Shown: positions 45,381 through 62,539 of the stretch, in pieces
Position numbering within the stretch: the stretch's first letter is position 1
Layout: each line of letters opens with the position of its first letter
Origin: the human T2T-CHM13v2.0 reference genome, Homo sapiens
Reading direction: 5' to 3' (one strand)
NCBI RefSeq assembly: GCF_009914755.1
Contig: NC_060930.1
Length of the DNA: 64,000 nt
Made by a program: the position numbers and the translations under genes
The notes under the pieces: generated by a model
What the model saw: only the letters and a program-made list of their open reading frames with translations
What the model was told of the DNA's origin: nothing
The model's database searches: none

Positions 45381-45860
45381 TACTGCAAAAACAGTACTGA
45401 TTTTTTTATGTTGATTTATATCCTGAACTAGTTCATTAGTTTTAACAGTTTTTGGTGTAATATTTGGGGTTTCTATATATAACAATAGGTAATCAGTATA
45501 CAAAGACCATTTCTTTCCTTCCTCCCTCCCTCCCTTTCTCTCTCTCTTTCTTTCTCTCTCTCTTTTGTTCATTCCGATTTGTATGCTTTTAATTTCTTTC
45601 TCTTGCCTAATTGCCATGGCTATAACTTCCAGTACTAGGTTGAATAGAAGTGGTGAGAGTGGGCATCTTTGCTTTGTTTCTGATCTGAGAGGGAAAACTT
45701 TCAAATTGATGGTCTCAGCTGTGGGGTTGTCATACATGGTCTTTATTGTGTTGTCATACATTCCTTATAACCAATTTGTTGAGACATTTCTTATGAAGAA
45801 ATGTTGAATGTTTTTCAAATTCTTTTCCAATCTCAAAGTACCAGAATTCTTCCTGAGGTG

Positions 45861-46162
45861 TTTTTTTTTTTTTTTTTTGGCAGGGTCTTGCTCTGTCACC
45901 CAGACTAGAGTGCAGTGGTGTGATCATGGCTCACTGCAGACTTGACCTCTGGTCTCCGGGAATCCTGCCTCAGCCCCCTGAATAGCTGGAACTATGGAAC
46001 TATAAGCATGCACCACCACACTTGGCTAATTTTTAAATTTCTGTAGGATAGGTGTCTCACTACATAGCCCAAGTTGGTCTTGAACTTCTGGGCTGAAGCA
46101 ATTCTCCTGCCTTGGCTTCCCAAAGTGCTGGGATTAGAGGTATAAGCCACCATGCCTGGTCC
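45861..46162 (-). mobile_element. AluJ
   Basis: Antisense Alu with poly-T tail. Confidence 0.9.
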
Positions 46163-47787
46163 TTTCATGAGTTTTTATGCTTGCAATTCAGATTAATAAG
46201 TGAATGACAGTGAGAATTCAATTCTCCAATGCCTACTCTCATAATCTAAAGAAAGCAAGGCAGAAGTGTTTTCCTGAAAGGAAGAATCTTTGTTTTTAGT
46301 TTTTTAAAGATTAGGTTTACTGGATGTCAGAAAAATATGTTTACATTAAGGCAACATTGAGTATTGATGATGGTATGTAAGTTCTTAGCTGTCAAGCCTC
46401 TTAAACAGTGTTCTCTGAATTTTACATATGTGAAAAGACATTAATCCTCTTAGACTTTGGGGTTGTTGTGTGAGGCCTAGGAGGAGCACACTAGCAGTGG
46501 CCAGTCTTCTTTAATCAAGAACAGCCTTATACATTCCATGTTATGTGTGCTATGATGTGAAAATATTTGGAAAACTCTCTCTTCCCCCATTGCTGCCAGA
46601 CTTATGGTCTTTCTTTGTTCCCAGGTGGCTGATTTAGGTTCCAGGCAGAATGGAATTGGGTGCCCTGGAAGCCTGAGGTAGATTTGGTACTATGGAGGGT
46701 GCACTTGCTGATATGAAGTTTTATTTTATACAAATCCTGGAGAAGCTAAGTGAGGCCATGTCAGTGTTGCCAGAAGACATGAGAATCATGCCAGATCTCT
46801 GTGGCTTAACATTGGAACATAGTGGTAAGTGCAGCTATATTTGTGTTTCTTAATAGTTGAAAGCCAGGTTTATATAAATAGGAAGAAAGAGTTTGCCATA
46901 GAATTTATGCTTTAGTTGGAGAAAAATGTAAAGTTGTTGATAAATTAGGCTGATTAAAAAATAATGTGAACACTTAAATTACCTTTAATGGAGTGCAGCC
47001 TTGAGAAGAAGATACCACGTGGTCCAAGTCTATATCAAATTTGAGTTTAAAATAGATACTTTCAGAAAAGAATCAAAAGGAAGAAAGTCTTAATGTTCAC
47101 ATTGAGTTAAGGTGATGGCTAGCTTTGGAACTGGAGTTCAGCCAGTAGAAGATGTGTTCAGGTCCTTTTAATCCCAAAAAGTGGATGCGAAATAACCATA
47201 AATATATGTCAGAAGAGTAAAAAAAGCCAGCAAGTTAAGATAGCAACAAAATATGGCTAAAATGAGCATTGCAATGTCCAGGAAAGCATAAACTACACGC
47301 AAAAAAGCTCAAGAATGGGATGACCAACTGAGCAAACAGTGAACTGAAAAGATATGTAAATTATTGTAACAAGTGCTAAATTATAAGTAAGGTCAGAGCA
47401 AATATTGAAACACTTGATGAATATTTTCTACTGCACTTGGAGAAGTTAAATTGATGTCAGGGACTCAGGGACTTAGAATTGGGGAGAATGAAGCAATCAG
47501 AAAGTAAGTACCAGTCAATCATCAGTCAAAAGGGGCTTTGAGGAAATTGATTTATGCTTCTGTAAAGACTTTTGATGGAGGAAGAAACAAAATATAAATT
47601 AAATTATTTGAACACATTATTAAAGGCTTTATTTGTTTTTAACTGATATACGTAATTGTTTAAGATGATGTAAAAATTTTCCAAGTTCGTTTACAATTTA
47701 AAGAGTTTGTATTGTTTAGAAGTCTGTAAAGGATGTGAGAGAAACACTGGGTAATTCTTCTTCATGTATTTTTATTTTCTTTTTTAT

Positions 47788-47950
47788 GTAAACAACATAA
47801 ATTTATTGCTTACAGTTCTGGAGGCTGGGAAGTTCAAGATCAAGGTACCAGCAAATTTCATTACCTGGTAAGCATTCATTTCTTATGGATGGTGCCTTCT
47901 GTGTGTCCGGTGTAAAGGGCAAAACAGGCTCCCTTTCCTCAAGCCTCTTG
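47788..47950 (+). mobile_element. MaLR (MLT1/MST-like) LTR fragment inside the cTAGE retrocopy
   Basis: aatttattgcttacagttctggaggctgggaagttcaagatcaaggt is a MaLR LTR hallmark. Confidence 0.8.
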
Positions 47951-48256
47951 TCATTAAAGCCTGTAAAAATTACAGTAAAAGTATTCAGAATGGGTTAAGC
48001 AATTTGACCGTCAGGAAATTCAATTGAAAAGTGAGGTTCAAAACCTTCCTCAGAAAGTTAAAGTTCTAAATTGTATTGAGAAAATACAATAAAGATTCAC
48101 AGAATATTTATATTAGAATGAATTAATTAAATACAGAACATTTTAAAGGCAACTAAAAAGATCAGCCATGCTCATTAAGTAACAGATACCTACAGAAAAT
48201 GTCTGTCTTTGTCTTGCATTTAAAAATTGATATATCATAGTTATACATAGGCCAAA

Positions 48257-50639
<2,383 letters not shown>

Positions 50640-50781
50640 TTAAAGAAAAATTGGAAAAAATTACTTGTTCCTATCAAAGACTCACTATTTCCCATATTTA
50701 AAAAGCTTATAGTTATTGACTTATAGTTCAGTTGAACCTCAATGAGGTTCAATGAGTTAGGAAAATCCATATGAAAGACCA

Positions 50782-50985
50782 GAGATCAGCTAATTTTCCC
50801 CACAAGAGCCAGATGGAAAATAGTTCAGGTTTTGCAGGCCAGGAAGCAAAATTTAAATATTATGAAATAATTAAATATTAAATATTATGAAAATAAGTAA
50901 ATAAAATTTAAATATTATGAAACTATAAATATTAAATATTAGGCAACAAGACAGAAAAATTCCCACATAATGTTCTATTGGCTAA
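50782..50985 (+). mobile_element. MER58-like hAT/Charlie DNA-transposon fragment with internal AT-rich tandem repeat
   Basis: gatcagctaattttcc..agagccagatggaaaatagttcaggttttgcaggcca resembles the MER58 5' end. Confidence 0.5.
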
Positions 50986-50995
50986 AAAAAAAAAA

Positions 50996-53035
<2,040 letters not shown>

Positions 53036-54445
53036 AACATTCAGCTACAAACCTCTTTTGCTACACTCATTGTTTAGTATATGACACATTTTTGCATGAT
53101 TCTGTTATATAGGTTTTAATAGTAGGTAATTAGGACAGTGGGTAATACTTATCATTCATTCATTTATTTAAAAAATACTTATTTAGAGCCCATTCTCTCA
53201 ATACAGGTCAGTACTATGAAGGAGAGGTACACAGTGAAATCAGGCCTAGTCCTTACAGACATGTTGGTATGCCAGGGAGTCAACTTTCCTCCAAAAGAGT
53301 GATGTTTCCTTGTCTCCAACAATGGCAAAACTATAATATATAATATTTCTTTATCAGCGGTTTGCACATTGTGTGTTAATAGATTTTGTTCTTGTCATTC
53401 AGAAGAGCACAGTGGAAATACATGAAGGATGGGCAGATGTGTGAAGGCCTCAAATGAATGTATGTAGTTGTTAGAAAAACAAATGTTTTTCTTAAACACA
53501 AGTTGAAAGACAGGGGAGCAGAGGAAGTATAAGAAAAATTATGGATTTATAATGAGGAGAGTTGATGTTATGGATAAAGTCAACAGAACACTGCCTTCTT
53601 ACATCATTATCCAACTTTCTACTTTGTCACCTCTATCTCAAAATTGACGGTCTGATAGCTAGTTTATTTTATATTTGCCCCAGGTTGTGCTCTACCTTCT
53701 TTTTCCATTTTCCTTCTGCTGAATATTCTGATTTTAAATGATGAGACGATTTAATCCTTCGGTTACCTACCAAATACATCTAATTTTCTCATTCTAGGTA
53801 GGTTGTCTTCCCATTGAAGGGTGAGTGGCTCTCAATATTAAGAGACAACATAGAAATTTCTGAAGATTTTAACTTCTCCATCTGATAACCTAGAAATAAT
53901 TACTTCAGTCAAATACCTCAGAAGGAAGAAATCCCATTAAGATCGATAGGAAAGAGTCAGATATTATTTTTGAATTATTTTATTTGTAAAGGATCAGTGA
54001 ATTTGTGGTTGAGAGGGTCAGTTATGGAATATGAGATATTAACCTATTTGATCTTGCTGGCAATCCATAAAAAGTTAATTTGCAAATAAAAGATTAGCCT
54101 TTAAATCACATTCATAATAACAAGAAGGTAAACTGCAGTCTATATTACTCATATATATTTTTCAAAGTAACACATAAAATGATAGGACTTGATTTTTGCT
54201 CTGAGTAAATGAGTCAGTCTATTAACATTTATTTATTGCCCACTTTTTAGATGCCTATGGATATTTCTAGATAAATACAAAGGAATATAAGGACATAGTT
54301 CTCACTACCATGCAAATTGCAGACAATCTGAGGATTAGGATTCACACTTGAAATGATATCCAACAAACCCCATTGTGTGGTACAAAAGCATATATGTAGA
54401 CAGGGTGGGTAGTAAAGAATGCTAACAATTTTGGAGGAGGTTAAA

Positions 54446-55293
54446 TCAACATGTAATTTTAGAACAGGAGATCTTCTGACCTGTATATGAAGAATGTGGA
54501 GTATAAAAATAATTACTTTTGTTCTCTTCCTGGTGATACAAAAAGACAAGAAGCCTCCTCATTGCCCCTTTTATGTCCCTGTTGCTCAAAGTGTAGATAA
54601 AAGGGTTAAGCATAGGAGTCACCAAACTGTAGAACAGGGACATGAATTTGTTTTTGTCCTGGGAGTTGGCAGAGGGCTGTACATACATGCTAATTACAGG
54701 CCCATAGAGGAGAGATACAATATGAGAACCACATGTGTTGAAGACCTCCTTCTTTCCCCCTGAGGACTGAATCCTCAGCACAGTAGCTACAATGAATCCA
54801 CAGTAAACAAAGATAATTGATTAGAGAACGAGGGACTAAAATATCCTCACAATGGAGAGCATAGATACATTGAATGTGGTGTCAAAACATGATATCTTGA
54901 TCATCGCTGAGACCTCACACAGAAAGTCGTCCACCTTGTTACCGCCTAGTGGCAGCTGGACGGCAAGGGATGACTGAAGTAGAGTTGGCCAAACTGCTTA
55001 GCCATGCCATGGCCACTAGGAGGACACAGAGTTGCTGATGCATGATAGCTGGGTACCTCAAGTGTTTGCAGATGGCAATGTAAGGATCCAAAGACGTCAC
55101 AGCTAAAATGATGCATTTGGTGCTCCCCTAAAATATCCCCTGGGTACCACAATAATTGAGATGTTGTCCACCAGTATGCAGAGATAAGCAACAAGCCCCA
55201 TTATGAAGAGAAACATTTCCGGCTAGGGGTGGTCAAAGAAACCCCAGAGAATGAAGATCTTTCGAGCAATTGCATTGCCCAGATTCCTGTCAT
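54446..55293 (-). pseudogene. OR2P1P: Olfactory receptor family 2 pseudogene, heavily disrupted
   Basis: Reassembled frames give FILWGFFDHP*, STKCIILAVTSLDPYIAICKHLRY, VDDFLCEVSAMIKISC, FNTCGSH and VTPMLNPFIYTLSNRDIKGA. Multiple stops and frameshifts, and a TM2-region deletion. Symbol is from locus order. Confidence 0.82.
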
Positions 55294-57076
55294 TGCTCTT
55301 GTTGGTGGATTTGAGGGAAAGGAAAGGCTACTTTAGTATTGAATTTTTCTGATACTCCACTTATTCAGTTAAGTAAAATAAACTGAGTTATGAAGGGGTT
55401 TTCTCTGTGATGTAACTAAACTGATGTGATTTGACACTTGTAAGCATGAAAAATTTTATCTAAAGGCCAAAATGTTACCTTTCTAGTGCCTCTAAAAGGA
55501 AGATCAACAAATCTCTGTATCTTACCCAAGAAATGCAATATAGCAAACTTTTACAGAATAATGATTAAGTAATGGGAAACATAATTAATCTTATATTAGA
55601 AAAATGAATCAGATGGAGAAATGAATAATTTTAAAGAATGCCCAAGAACTACCCATGCTAACTAACACGTGTTAATTTCTTTCATCCAAAATCTGTTCGC
55701 CCTGGTCATGTTCTGGTTCAATTTGTGAGTTGATGTAGGTGAGTTCAGAACTCACTGAGCTCCACGTGGATCAGTCTGATTTGCATAGAAACAACATAGT
55801 GCTATTCCTTACCTCTTCTTCCCAAATCCTGGAATGACGATCGCCAACATAAAACTTTTGTCATAAAAGGAAGCACACAGCTGAAAGGAAATGGTTCCTT
55901 GCAACACGTTCAGTACTTACAAGACAAGATAATTCATTGCACAGCCAAGTGATATAAGGTCATTAAAGTATCAGCAGTTATACAGTATGATGTATGTTAG
56001 TGCTTTTCACACTGTGAGTTGTAATCTATTACGCAGTTATATACTATTTTATTGATTTATTTTACTTATTCTCATCACTCATTTTATATATGTGTTTGTA
56101 TGACCTGGATTCTGATGTACAATATATTCCTTACTATAGGTAATGGTAAAAAATTTGGACAATACTGGCATAGTAGAAAAGAAACAAGAATGATATTAGA
56201 AAATCTAGATTTAGTCCACTTCCCAATTACTAATACATGTACATTTTAGGTCTTGCTTAAATATTCAGAAACTTCTTTATCTATCTTGCTCCGTTGTGGA
56301 GATTAATTAGCACCATATGTGTGAACACGCTTTATTAAGTCCAATACTCAATGTTGGGTTGGTTATTTTTCATGAAATAAAGTTCCCTGTTTGATTTTAA
56401 GTCTATATCTGATAGTTAATTTTTCTTTGTATCCAAATATTAACCATGTCCTTATATTCCCATAAGAAGTCTTAGAAGGGTTGTTTTTTCTACCATTTTA
56501 TTTCCCTACATTACTCAGATCCCTTGCCTTGAATCTGATGTTAATGATTTCTAGATTTTAATATCAGTACACATATGTTTTTAATCAGTGGAAATGCTCA
56601 CAAATGCAAACAGTACCATAGATTATTTTTCAAAAACATGTTTCAATGTTTTAAATTATAATGATTGGTATTAGTATTAATAGGTGTCAATTTATTTATA
56701 CTTTTTTTAACTGCTCCTTGCCTAGCAGGGCTATCCTATAGGCAGTGTGCCCACAGTAGCCTTTTTTAAAATAGTTTTTTTAGTATGCAAATTTTCATAA
56801 GGAGATCACAACATGCATGTGGTTGTATAAAAAGATTAAATCAATCAAGCTAAATAGATCATTTCTACTCATATGCAACAGTTGCCTAAATCAGTGTTGA
56901 TATTTTTTAGGGGTACCCTCTTTTCTTGCAAAAAAGAACATTAATCTTTTTCTTCCATCAGAATTCAGTGTTAATTGGGGATAAAGATTGAATGTTCTTT
57001 CTGTATTCAGTGGTTTTATGTCATATCAGAGGTCTTTAATAGTTATTTATTTGATTGAAAGGATCCCAAATCTTTT

Positions 57077-59930
57077 GATTTATTGTTTATTTATTTATTT
57101 ATGCTTTAACTTTTAATTAAAATGCTTAGGATACAGATTGACTTTCTTTTGTAAATGACTGTTTTACTTTTTCTGAAATAGGACATACATGCACTCTGAT
57201 AAAACAGAATGAAACATCTTAATTCATGAGAATTCCTGTACAAGGCGCTGATCCTGTGTTTAGAGCTGAGCTCCTCACAGCAGCTGCCCTACGTAGAACC
57301 CACAGTTTTCTAGCTTGCAACAAAGTTACTAGGGACAAATAGGGAAAAAAAATCCGAAACTAAAAGTAAGAAAACCAACATGGAAGCAATCATACTTCTC
57401 ATGTCTCTGATAAGAGAAGTATGGGGAACCTTTAACCAAAGGAAAATTTAAAAAAAATGCAAGTTAACTATCTAGTTCATTCACTATTAGCTAGATTTGT
57501 TCAGTTAAGGCTTTAACCCCTTTCCAAACAATTTTATCTTAATCCAGCTATGCTTGCTAATAAATGAAATGCATGCACTTCCCAGAAATATACTTCACTG
57601 AGCCTCTGCATTCAGTACCTGGCAGTGAAAAAGTATGTTTCCCGAACAAGTCAGTACTGAAGACTGAGAACTCCAACTAAATAACTATACTCTCTCCCCA
57701 ATAATATGTTATCCACATTTTCCCTACCCTCACATTAGAATAAAGATATCCTCCTAACTTTTCATCTCCTATCTCCTGTCTTTTCCTAGGAGATCTTATC
57801 TTTTGATCTTTTACTACAAGGGTAGAATTTAGGTTAAGATCATAAAAATCCAATTTCACATGTGACACTAAGAAAATGGAATGCTATAAAATCAATCCTC
57901 ATCACCGTGGTAGGGATGCTGTTGCTTTTATCCTGAGTCTTTACTGCCAATAAGTGATGCTGCTTCCAAAGGAACAGCTCTACAGAAAGTTTTTGAGTTA
58001 GTGTTTCCCCCCAGCTTATTTCTACAATGGGGAAAGGCAATTTCATATTAAAAAAATCCACACAAACACACCTGGAAAAGCTACAGATGTTAACCTTTAC
58101 TTTAAACACAGCAACGTAGATATCTAAGGAGATAAGATGTAAGACAAAGAGCTCAGGAAAAATCCAATAGAGACCAAATTCTGCAAATGGAAATTTTAAA
58201 GCCCAGTGAGTAAATTTTTCCTGCATTCAGACAAGTGCTACAATACATTTAAGTCCTCAACTCCCAGAATTAAGAGCCCTTAAGCTGTTAACTTTGTCCT
58301 GTCTTCCTATTCAGAAAAATTTTCCTCTAGAATCTGTGCAAAAGTAACTGACACACCTGCAGTATGTGACAACATAAGAGATGTTCTCAACTTTTTCATG
58401 AGGTGAAAGTTACTTTTTATAACTGAAAATGAAAAAGGAAGGTGCTATAGAGGGAAATAAAATTTCACCAAAGTATAAAAGTAAAGACTGGCTGAAACCT
58501 ATAACTTTATAAATAAGAATAATAACAGTAACTTACACTATAATTAACTGCTCAATAGTGAATGATCTGCTACACATTCCTTGAGAAGGAATGACCCTAG
58601 CTTACCACAGTGGAAACCTGCCGCAATTACAAGGCCAGGATTCTGCCCCTTTTCTGGTTCTCTGTTCACAAGGTAATGCCACCTTCTCCAAGGCAGTTAG
58701 AGAGACAGGTGAGCTCAGGGGAGCTTCTCTCACCAACCTGCTAACTCAGCAGGAGTGAGTTTACCCAAATGAGCTCTGGCCTCCAATGTGTATCTGTTCA
58801 TAATTTTATGAAGTATCTAAATGTCATTCATTAGTTTAAAAAAGAATAGAAAACTCTGGACTAAATAAATTTTGAACTCGAAAAGTTAGAAGGGGTATCA
58901 ATTATATTAACAACACTTTCTTTAAAAATAGAATCACTTTCTTTTGAAATCAACCAGAGTGGTGAGATGTGTTTTTCTTTTCAGGTGCCCCATAATGGCA
59001 CACAGCTTTACTCAGCAACCCCTGCCAGCTTCCAAGCCCCAGGATACTGACCTGCACCAGCACATGGGGCAGCATTACCTCCCCAACAGTGTGGAGAAGA
59101 GAACATTTCACCACTGGGTGATGAGAGTAGACAGTGACTCTTGGCTTCTCAATGCTAGACATGATTGGAGACCTTTCATTGTTCTATTAGAAAAGTCCAT
59201 GAAGAAGCTGTGAACAGGATCAGTCCAGAGGAGAAAAACTCTTATTTTCTCTGTCCAAACATCAGTCAATACATTGGGAGAGCCAGCAGAATCCCTCGCC
59301 CTAGCCTTGCCTCTTGAGCACACTGCACATGAACACTTCAGTGGGGTGAGCGTTCAGCTCCTAAAGGGCCATGTTCCTCTTTCCTGTGGTCTGTCCAGAA
59401 AGCCCAAATATCTCAAAGAGTTTTTCTTCACTTATTGCATTGTTCTGTCTATTTTGTTACCCAATATAAGGATTGGCACATTGGATATTATTTCATCAGT
59501 CATTAAAGCATTAAGCTCAACTTTAGATTCCATGAGGCCAGAATGATCTGCAGAATCCACCAGAAAAACAATCTCATTAATTGCTTGGAGATAATTTTTT
59601 CAAACCTGACATGCTTGCTTGTGTCCACCAAGATCAAGAGTTGTAAAAGTCATTCCAGCAATTAATAGCTTTTCTGATGTCGGATGTAGTGTTGGAACAT
59701 GTTGACCCAATCTGTCATCTTTGAGCATGTGAAGAAGAGTGGTTTTGCCTGCGTTGTCCAAACCGAAAAATACAAGTTTTCCAAATTTCTTGTAGAGTCC
59801 TAGGAACTGGAGCACACTGCTGAAGCCATTGTAGATCCACTCAAAGAGGAAAGACATTATTCATGCTTATTATGGCCTGAAGGGCTCCTCCAGCAAAGGT
59901 GGGTGGCCCAGGCCCTCCCTCAGAGCACAC
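57077..59930 (-). pseudogene. SAR1AP1: Full-length processed pseudogene of SAR1A (5'UTR, CDS 59262-59857, ~2.2 kb 3'UTR, decayed poly-A)
   Basis: [38 protein letters not shown] is SAR1A-type (FEWIYNG). Premature TGA at W86 (59600-59602), a later 1-bp frameshift and TAG stops, and C-terminal WLSQCID*. Intronless. ATTAAA on minus at ~57112-57117. TSD cccaaat(c/a)tttt at 57065-57076 and 59931-59942. Confidence 0.93.
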
Positions 59931-59994
59931 CCCAAATATTTTCAAATATGAAAACCTACTTACTCTTTAGAGGTAAGGAAGGTACTTTAAAAAA

Positions 59995-60334
59995 TTTATT
60001 TTATTTTATTTAAGTTCTGGGATACATGTGTGGGATGTGCAGGTTTGTTACATAAGTAAACGTGTGCCATGGTGGTTTGCTGCATCTATCAACCCATCAC
60101 GTATGTATTAAGCCCAGCATGCATTAGCTATTTTTCCTGATGTTCTCCCTCCCCTCTCCACCCCCAGACAGGCCCCACTGTGTGTTGTTCTCCTCCCTGT
60201 ATCCATGTTTTCTCATTGCTCAGCTCATCATTCCATGAGTGAAAACATGCAGGGTTTGGTTTTCTGCATAATGGTTCCTGCATAATGGCTTCCAGCTCCA
60301 TCCATGTCCCTGCAAAGGACACGATCTTGTTCTA
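59995..60334 (-). mobile_element. L1PA 3' fragment with 16-bp TSD aaggtactttaaaaaa
   Basis: Antisense L1PA 3'UTR. TSD at 59979-59994 and 60335-60350. Confidence 0.9.
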
Positions 60335-61462
60335 AAGGTACTTTAAAAAAAGTACTTTATAGGGTTGCCACTCACTCTATAAAGCTGTGAAACTTTGTTC
60401 TCTGTACAGATAATAGAGTTGAAATTTCTTGGTAAGGGTCATTATAGCAATTCCTTAGTGGGTATGCTTCCCTCTAACTTCCTTGCCATAATAAAATGAA
60501 ATGATAAATTTTGGCACCTGTTATTTATAATGGACTCAGGTCTAAGAGAAGCCAAGGAAACTGAATCTGCCTTAACAATTTTATAAAAATTTCCTTGGAT
60601 CACAAGGAGGAAATTAAGATTATTATTTTAGGTGCCAAGATCTAATTTTCTTTTATTTATAGTTTTTCTCAAGATATTATTTCTTTAGATTTCTGCTACC
60701 ATAGAGCCATCATAATCCTAGTTCCACATACAGACAAAAGAAGTCTTCAATAATTTCTTCCACAATAACCCAACACAGTATAGACTTTTTACCTTCCATT
60801 GACTACATTAAAGTTCCTCATTTTATTTAAACCATAAAAACATTGTGTCAAGAAGATATTAACATACATTAATGTTATTAAAACATGATTAAAAATCATG
60901 GAATCTGGAATTTTGAAAATATGGGTCCTGAAAACTTTTGGCCATGGGCTTGTTTTTAAAGTAATTGCTTTTTTCACCCATGGTTCACAATTAGCAGCAG
61001 ATCTAGCAATCTGGAATCCTTCTAGCCAAGTTCACACTGATCATCTCAGGCTTGTTCTTTGCTCCCACTTTTGTTTTCATCATTTGCTGCATTCTATAAC
61101 TATATTCAGCTTCTGGTCCTTTATTTTTTAAAACAATATTTAATTGACAATAAAGATTGTATATATTCAAGGTGTGCAGTGTGATGATTTGATATACGTA
61201 TACCCTTTGTTTTTATTTCTTTTCTGTCTGAATCCACTCCCACCCAATTCATTATTGACATTAATGAATACATTTGACTTATTCTCGGTAACCCTCAGCT
61301 TTATGTAGGGATACAGTATATATATATATATATTTTTTCCCTATTATAGCTTTAATTTTAAAACATGATCCTTTCTGATGGTATTAGTTTCCTTACATCA
61401 TCCTGCTGGTGTGGAAGTGAAAAGTGAATGATAAATTCTTACTACACAGTTAATCTAGTTAA

Positions 61463-61750
61463 TGAAACTATCATTCTCAGCAAACTAACCCAAGAACAGA
61501 AAACCAAACACTGCATGTTCTCACTCATAAGTGGGAGTTAAACAATGAGAACACATGGAACAGGGAGAGGAACATCCCACACTGGGGCCTGTCAGGGATG
61601 GAGGACTGGGGGAGGGATAGCATTAGGAGAAATACCTAATGTAGATGACAGGTTGGTGGGTGCAGCAAACCACCATGGCACATGTATACCTATGTAACAA
61701 ACCTTCACATCCTGCACATGTACCCCAGAAAAACTGTAATAATAAAAAAA
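61463..61750 (+). mobile_element. L1PA 3' fragment
   Basis: gaaactatcattctcagcaaactaac...gggagggatagcattaggagaaatacc...aataaaaaaa. Confidence 0.9.
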
Positions 61751-61879
61751 GGTAAAATAGCGATATAAAATAGAAATTTATGAGTATATACTGATAAAAA
61801 TATAAAAAATGAATACATGAAGGGGGAAAAGGGAAAACTCTTAATGGCACATCAATTAATAAATATAGAGGGCATACTA

Positions 61880-62430
61880 GGATTGGAGAATTATTAATAG
61901 ATGTTAAAATTAGTGGGTGAAAGTTTAAGACATTTACATAGTTATGCTGTCTGCCACAAATTACTTATTAATTTCTCAGGAAAAAGGCATAATGAGATCT
62001 GGGGGACACCATGTTAGTCAAGTGACTAAAGTTAACAGCATCGATTTTAAGACAAACTATCCTTATACACTTTTCTGAAATGTTGCATCATTATTGGCTC
62101 CTGAATGGGAGAAAGTATAAAGAACATTTTGGAGATAATTAACAAGATCTGAATATGAACTATTGATTACATAATAGTATTATATGACTGTAAAATGTCC
62201 CAGTTTTTATGATTGTACTGGCTATGTATGGAAGTTAATGTCCTTAGCAACTATACACTAAAGTGTATGTAGTAATAAAAAGGTTGGGAAAAATTTCACA
62301 GATATGAAAACTACATTTATATATTACATATGTGTAAAAGTAAGGCAAATGTAAATGAATGATGACTCTGGAAAAGGGTATTTAAAGTTCTGTATTATAC
62401 TTGCAACTTTAAAAATTACATTAAAAATAC
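61880..62430 (+). mobile_element. Very old L1 (L1ME/MC-like) 3'UTR remnant
   Basis: Degraded L1M 3'UTR phrases (ttggagataattaacaagatctgaatatg, gttctgtattatacttgcaactt). Confidence 0.55.
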
Positions 62431-62539
62431 ATTATAAATGTAAAATGTAGTAAACTACATTAAATAAAAAGATGACAATAAAAAGAACACTTGTGGTTAT
62501 GATACTTCCTGCCAGATCAAGGCCTTAGCATCTACTGTT

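Noticed and set aside
53400-53600. Purine-rich stretch as a continuation of the cTAGE retrocopy
   Set aside because: I could not obtain convincing translated similarity to the cTAGE5 proline-rich C-terminus.
58944-59546. 89-aa and 90-aa + strand ORFs
   Set aside because: Antisense frames of the SAR1A retrocopy with TTG starts and no independent coding evidence.
59600-59857. 85-aa SAR1 ORF as a functional gene
   Set aside because: Nonsense at W86 removes the G4/G5 GTPase motifs. Further stops and a frameshift follow, and the copy is intronless with TSDs.
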